A stretch of 59,274 nucleotides of DNA, the filler included. It is 5 parts of 5 records of this genome, joined end to end, with 100 filler letters (N's around TTAATTAATTAA, not from the genome) between each part and the next. Parts side by side here need not be neighbours in the genome. Positions count along the whole stretch, not along the records: positions 50,620 to 59,274 come from SRR2962707_1754; 4 more parts are not named here. The stretch is one strand, 5' to 3'. The translations under genes were made by a program, and so were the position numbers. Under the pieces are notes generated by a model. The model was given only the letters and a program-made list of their open reading frames with translations, searched no databases and was not told where the DNA came from. Below, piece after piece: positions 55,153 through 59,274 of this stretch (the first letter of the stretch is position 1; the number at the start of each line of letters is the position of its first letter).

Positions 55153-56016
55153 ATGGAGCTTCGTATGAATTCTCAAAAGTATTTCGCGATGGATTTCGCG
55201 TTTTTCAGCAGTACTGGCGTATATAGCTTCGCTGATCGCTGCGAGATAACTAAAGCCGCTGGCTATGACGGGATTCAAACAGTCGTTTGGGATGGCATTG
55301 ATGCTCGTCAGGCTAATGAACTTGCCACAATCGAAGAGCGATTCGGTCTGGAACTTTCAGGCGTCTACACTGTGTTGGACTTGTCGTTAGGTGAACAGGA
55401 TGAACGTAATAGTGGCTTGATCGATCTGATAGCAAAACTGCCGCTAAGCGCCACGCTTGACTTAGCCATAAAATCTGCTGGTGGCAACCTTCCCGTATCA
55501 GAACCACGCGGAGATGCGCGCGTGCTGGCTTGGTTGAAGCCAGCGCTGGAAGCAGCAAAAGAAAGGGGCATCACCATTACACTGTACCCTCACTTGCAGT
55601 TTTGGTTGGCAACTCATGATGATGCCATACGCCTTTGCGAAACGCTGAATCATCCATCACTAGGGCTTACATTTTCGAGCTTGCAATGGTATGGCGGAGA
55701 CGGTAGTAAAAAACTCTCTACACTACTGCGTCGTGCAATCACCTGGATACATAGGGTCAACCTATCTGGGACACGCCTCAGTCCGCTAGGTTTCTTCAAT
55801 ACGGCCACGATTGAACCACTTGATTCGGGTGAACTGGATAATTTTGCGATAGCAGCGTTGCTCGCGCGCCTAGGATATCGCGGATATATAGGCTATAACG
55901 GTTGGCACGAGGGTGGCGATCCTTACGTAAAACTGGTGCGTTCACTGGACGCCTTAAAGGACATTCAGAGACGCATTGATCAACATCCGAACTGGGGAGA
56001 TCATCTCAATGCGTAA
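55153..56016 (+). CDS. xylose-isomerase-like TIM-barrel protein
   Basis: AGYDGI, ITLYPH, PLDSGELD and LGYRGYIG pattern. Confidence 0.8.
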   Translation: MELRMNSQKYFAMDFAFFSSTGVYSFADRCEITKAAGYDGIQTVVWDGIDARQANELATIEERFGLELSGVYTVLDLSLGEQDERNSGLIDLIAKLPLSATLDLAIKSAGGNLPVSEPRGDARVLAWLKPALEAAKERGITITLYPHLQFWLATHDDAIRLCETLNHPSLGLTFSSLQWYGGDGSKKLSTLLRRAITWIHRVNLSGTRLSPLGFFNTATIEPLDSGELDNFAIAALLARLGYRGYIGYNGWHEGGDPYVKLVRSLDALKDIQRRIDQHPNWGDHLNA

Positions 56017-57010
56017 TCCTGTTACTGGCTTGGATGCATTGCAGCCTTCCTCACTTTCTTATTTTTCCCAACCTGGTTTCGCCCGTACGTACCAAGCCGG
56101 GAAGCTCACATTAGGATTGTACTTTCCGATCGAGTCGTTCGATGGTTTGGTGCCGGAAATGACGCAGCAAGTGGAGCGCGCCAGACAAGCTGAGGTAATG
56201 GGTTTCAGCGCGTTATGGCTACGAGATATTCCCTTGGCTGACCCCACCTTTGGTGACATTGGGCAAATTTTTGATCCGTTTGTGTATCTTGGCTATCTGG
56301 CCGCACAAACTGAGAAAATTGCCTTAGCCACTGGTTCGATTGCGCTTCCTATCCGGCATCCGTTACATCTTGCCAAACAGGCTGCGAGCGTGGATCAACT
56401 GAGTCAGGGTCGATTATTATTAGGCGTTGCTTCTGGAGACCGCCCCGTCGAGTTCCCTGCATTTGGGGTTGATGCTGACATACGTGGAGATATTTTTCGT
56501 GAGCACCTTGATGTCTTTAAACGTGCACTTGGCAATAACTCTGAACCTATCCACTGGAGCTCAGGGTCGCTAACGGATGCCAGCGTGCTACCCAAGCCCG
56601 TAGCCGATCGCATTCCCGTACTGGTTACTAGTTCGAGTAGACAATCAATGGACTGGATCGCCAGAAACGCCGAAGGTTGGATCACGTACCCGCGGCCACT
56701 GCAGCAACAAGCAATAGTCATCCAGGGCTGGCATGAAAAGGTCAAGGCTCAATGTGGTGAATGCTTCAAGCCGTTAACGCAATCATTGTATCTCGATCTC
56801 GCTGACGACCCCGACGAGTATCCCCAGTCTATTCACCTGGGTTTGCGTCTTGGACGAAATCAATTGTTGCAATACCTAAAAAATTTGCGGGCTCTGGGCG
56901 TGAACCATGTGATGTTTAACCTACGTTTCAGCCGTCGACCAGTAGCAGAAGTACTGAATGAATTGGCCGCTGAAGTGTTACCGAGTTTTCCTCCACATTC
57001 CATGCTGTAG
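56009..57010 (+). CDS. luciferase-like (LLM) flavin-dependent oxidoreductase, BA3436-type
   Basis: GFSALWLRDIP..FGDIGQIFDP, AASVDQLSQGRLLLGVASGDRPVEF; start overlaps the upstream stop. Confidence 0.9.
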   Translation: MRNPVTGLDALQPSSLSYFSQPGFARTYQAGKLTLGLYFPIESFDGLVPEMTQQVERARQAEVMGFSALWLRDIPLADPTFGDIGQIFDPFVYLGYLAAQTEKIALATGSIALPIRHPLHLAKQAASVDQLSQGRLLLGVASGDRPVEFPAFGVDADIRGDIFREHLDVFKRALGNNSEPIHWSSGSLTDASVLPKPVADRIPVLVTSSSRQSMDWIARNAEGWITYPRPLQQQAIVIQGWHEKVKAQCGECFKPLTQSLYLDLADDPDEYPQSIHLGLRLGRNQLLQYLKNLRALGVNHVMFNLRFSRRPVAEVLNELAAEVLPSFPPHSML

Positions 57011-57101
57011 GAAATTCACTGTATGACGCTACTGCGTCAAACACCTAATATCATCGTCTTTAGGTCGATGTTCTATAAATCAGCTTTTTAAAAGTAACTA
57101 A

Positions 57102-57869
57102 ATGAAAGGTAACAATATGAAAGATCGTTATACACTGGATGGAAAAACCTCACTGGTCACCGGCGGTTCCCGTGGTATCGGCGCTGCCAGCGCGCGGGCA
57201 CTCGCTAAGTTAGGCTCGAATGTAGCAATTAGTTATGTCGGCAACAAGGAACAAGCCGATGCGCTGGTAGCAGAAATTTCAGTCAGCGGTGTTCGCGCAC
57301 AAGCCTTTCGTGCAGATCAATTCCATGCGGGGGAGACCAACCTCCTGATTGAGCAGGTAATGCAAACCTTTGGTCGTCTCGATGTCTTGGTAGCGAATGC
57401 TGGCATTTTTACCATGGGTAATGTGGGCGAGACTAACAATTACAGCGAAATAGACAAAATGTTGAGCGTCAATATCAACGGGACGATAAGCACAATCCGC
57501 GCAGCTAGCAAAGTCATCCAGGACCAAGGACGGATAATCGCGATTTCGTCAGCAATGGCGAACCGTACAGCAGCGCCTGGGCTTGCCGATTACGCTGCCA
57601 GCAAAGCCGCTCTAGAGGCTTACATTAAGGGAATTGCACGCGACTTAGGCCCACGAGCTATTACAGCCAATACACTGGCGTTGGGCTCGGTAACCACGGA
57701 CATGAATCCAGATGCAGGCGACTTCGCCGCTTGGCTGAAAAGCGCGACCGCGCTGGGCCGTTACGGCTCCCCCGAAGAAATCGCTGACGTTGTGGCGTTT
57801 CTTGCCACGCCTGCTTCAAGCTATATTACGGGCAGCGTCATTGCCGTCGACGGCGGCACTACAGCCTAA
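57102..57869 (+). CDS. short-chain dehydrogenase/reductase (BdcA/FabG-like)
   Basis: TGGSRGIG, NAG, YAASK and DGG motifs; start 57102 or 57117. Confidence 0.93.
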   Translation: MKGNNMKDRYTLDGKTSLVTGGSRGIGAASARALAKLGSNVAISYVGNKEQADALVAEISVSGVRAQAFRADQFHAGETNLLIEQVMQTFGRLDVLVANAGIFTMGNVGETNNYSEIDKMLSVNINGTISTIRAASKVIQDQGRIIAISSAMANRTAAPGLADYAASKAALEAYIKGIARDLGPRAITANTLALGSVTTDMNPDAGDFAAWLKSATALGRYGSPEEIADVVAFLATPASSYITGSVIAVDGGTTA

Positions 57870-58147
57870 TCTCAATCAATACATTCCCATCAGGTAAGGC
57901 TGTTCATTTTTTACGAAAATGCGCGGAACCACATAATCGGTTTAAAATATTTTGAGAGGGCTTGCCCTCTCTTTATTTTTGACGTCCACATAAATGGCAC
58001 TTATTTTCTATCTAACTGTTTAGGTCAAAAAAGCCACCAAGGCGGTCATGAGGGTTTTAAATTAGAAAGAAAATATGCTGACAAAGCAGATGTTTCAACG
58101 AAATATAAGCCATCTAATGCCTTTCAATAACCAGTGCGGTATTATGC

Positions 58148-58560
58148 TTAACCTGAAATGCCTTGTTGAGTAAGTGCATTAAGATCAGCTAGTGCTTGTT
58201 CGGCACCCTTAAGTGCAATGAAAACATGAGCATGATAATAAGTCGCAACAACATTTGCGCTAATATTTGATTGCATCAATTTCGTAGAAACCGCAGCGGT
58301 TAAACCGGCTGCATCAAGGCTCGAATGTACATTCAATGTAATGCATTTAAAAACACCAGAGTATGAAATGTTAAATTCATCGGCTTTTTCTTTCGTCAAT
58401 ATAACGGTTAATCCTTTCTTTTCTTGAAAAGTGCTTAGAGGGTTAAGTAACAAAACTTGTTCATAATCGAATCTATCAAGAGTACCAAACACATATTCAT
58501 TTTCGACTAAAACAGGCTTCATAGACGCGATTAATTTTGTTAAATTTTTTCACCAGACAT
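58148..58560 (-). pseudogene. ACT-domain protein (DUF2241-like), frameshifted
   Basis: ATG at 58560 gives MSGEK, then an A6 run one base short of the frame NLTKLIASMKPVL; VHSSLDAAGLTAAVS motif. Confidence 0.75.
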
Positions 58561-58590
58561 TTATATTTTCTAAATTTATTGATTGCAATA

Positions 58591-58838
58591 GGGCTTGTTG
58601 ACCTTTGCGGTATGAAATTTAATTAACCTAGACGTGTTTTGATCGCGGCGCTGGTTTGGAGGCCTAGTGGTGGAAAGTCAAAAATCAGCAAAAATCGTTT
58701 ATGCATAATCCTTCGTGCAGCGCTTGTGCGTCGAATCTGCGGCATTATCGCTCGCTCATGCAGAACAACTACACTACTCTCTCTGCATATTTGCCGCACA
58801 AACTGCTGTAAAAGTATACCGCAAAGATCAACAGACCC
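58591..58838. mobile_element. 248-bp MITE with 23-bp terminal inverted repeats and TA flanks
   Basis: Left GGGCTTGTTGACCTTTGCGGTAT; right (reverse complement) GGGTCTGTTGATCTTTGCGGTAT; 20/23 match; TA at 58589-90 and 58839-40. Confidence 0.88.
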
Positions 58839-58975
58839 TAGTTAGACATTTCTAAACCAGCCACACCAATAAAGATCAAACAAAAGCAAAAAAATTGTTG
58901 AATTGAAAGTGGTTGATAAAAAAATACTAGGCTAAGCGTCATTGAAAAACGCCGAATATTACACCTAAGGTGAAA
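58838..58975 (-). pseudogene. 3' remnant of an SMR/DMT-type small transporter
   Basis: LSLVFFYQPLSIQQFFCFCLIFIGVAGLEMSN* resembles SMR TM3-TM4; no plausible N-terminal half. Confidence 0.45.
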
Positions 58976-59243
58976 AAAGCAACATTGCACATTATTGTGA
59001 GGGTCTCGGATAAGGGAACGCCCCAACTGTCAAGTTACAAACGAGTCATTGTGACCCTGCTACCTAAGCCATCATTATTTGAGTGAAAAAGCTAAGTGGC
59101 TGATTATCAAATTTATAGAGCAAGACACCTATGACTTTTTTAGTCTGCTTTGGGTCGAAATTTGACCTAAACCCAGACTATCAGACAATTACCTGTATGT
59201 CTGCAAATCGCTCAAAGCTGTCTATTAAATCATGCCTTTAATC

Positions 59244-59274
59244 GTTGGGTTTCGTTGCTCTCAACCACAACCTA
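59244..59274 (-). repeat. GTAG-family REP-like palindrome at contig end
   Basis: Reverse complement TAG-GTTGTGGTT-GAGAGCAAC-GAAACCCAAC. Confidence 0.65.

Noticed and set aside
58639..58845. 68-aa ORF as a possible transposase
   Set aside because: Lies within the 248-bp MITE, is too short and has no DDE motif.

Overview
This window is not one locus. It is five contigs joined by an artificial 100-nt spacer (N44-TTAATTAATTAA-N44), so gene neighbourhoods across spacers are meaningless. Contig 1 (1-26990) is a Bacteroidota (Cytophagales-like) core region: dxr-rseP, a PorE-like OmpA protein, lon-porQ-hslU, pyrR-pyrB, purB, a TPR sensor kinase, an M14 peptidase, an SPFH operon and an ECF sigma/anti-sigma/OMP triad. 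The SPFH operon includes two small genes the ORF track missed and a candidate operator. Contigs 2 (27091-33309) and 3 (33410-43162) are intron-rich eukaryotic DNA, probably a protist. Manual splicing gives a ubiquitin-like + coiled-coil + RING-HC gene, and a ~9.5 kb gene with an N-terminal PH-like region and two complete TBC RabGAP domains. Contig 4 (43263-50519) is gammaproteobacterial (Pseudoalteromonas-like). It carries an accessory block (AAA-DUF4143 ATPase/nuclease with upstream direct repeats, stand-alone AHH nuclease + immunity-like partner, DUF4303-like gene) beside the oxyR / Prx-Grx / disulfide-reductase locus. Contig 5 (50620-59274) is a gammaproteobacterial accessory island (two LysR modules, MFS, TIM-barrel/luciferase-like/SDR operon). 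It is littered with mobile-DNA scars: inverted GTAG REP-like elements, a tandem-duplication site truncating an HxlR gene, a probable IS110-type end, a MITE and decaying genes. The best candidates for undescribed biology are the AHH/immunity/AAA-nuclease block and the set of short sites bordering accessory genes. All family assignments come from motif recognition by eye, not database searches.
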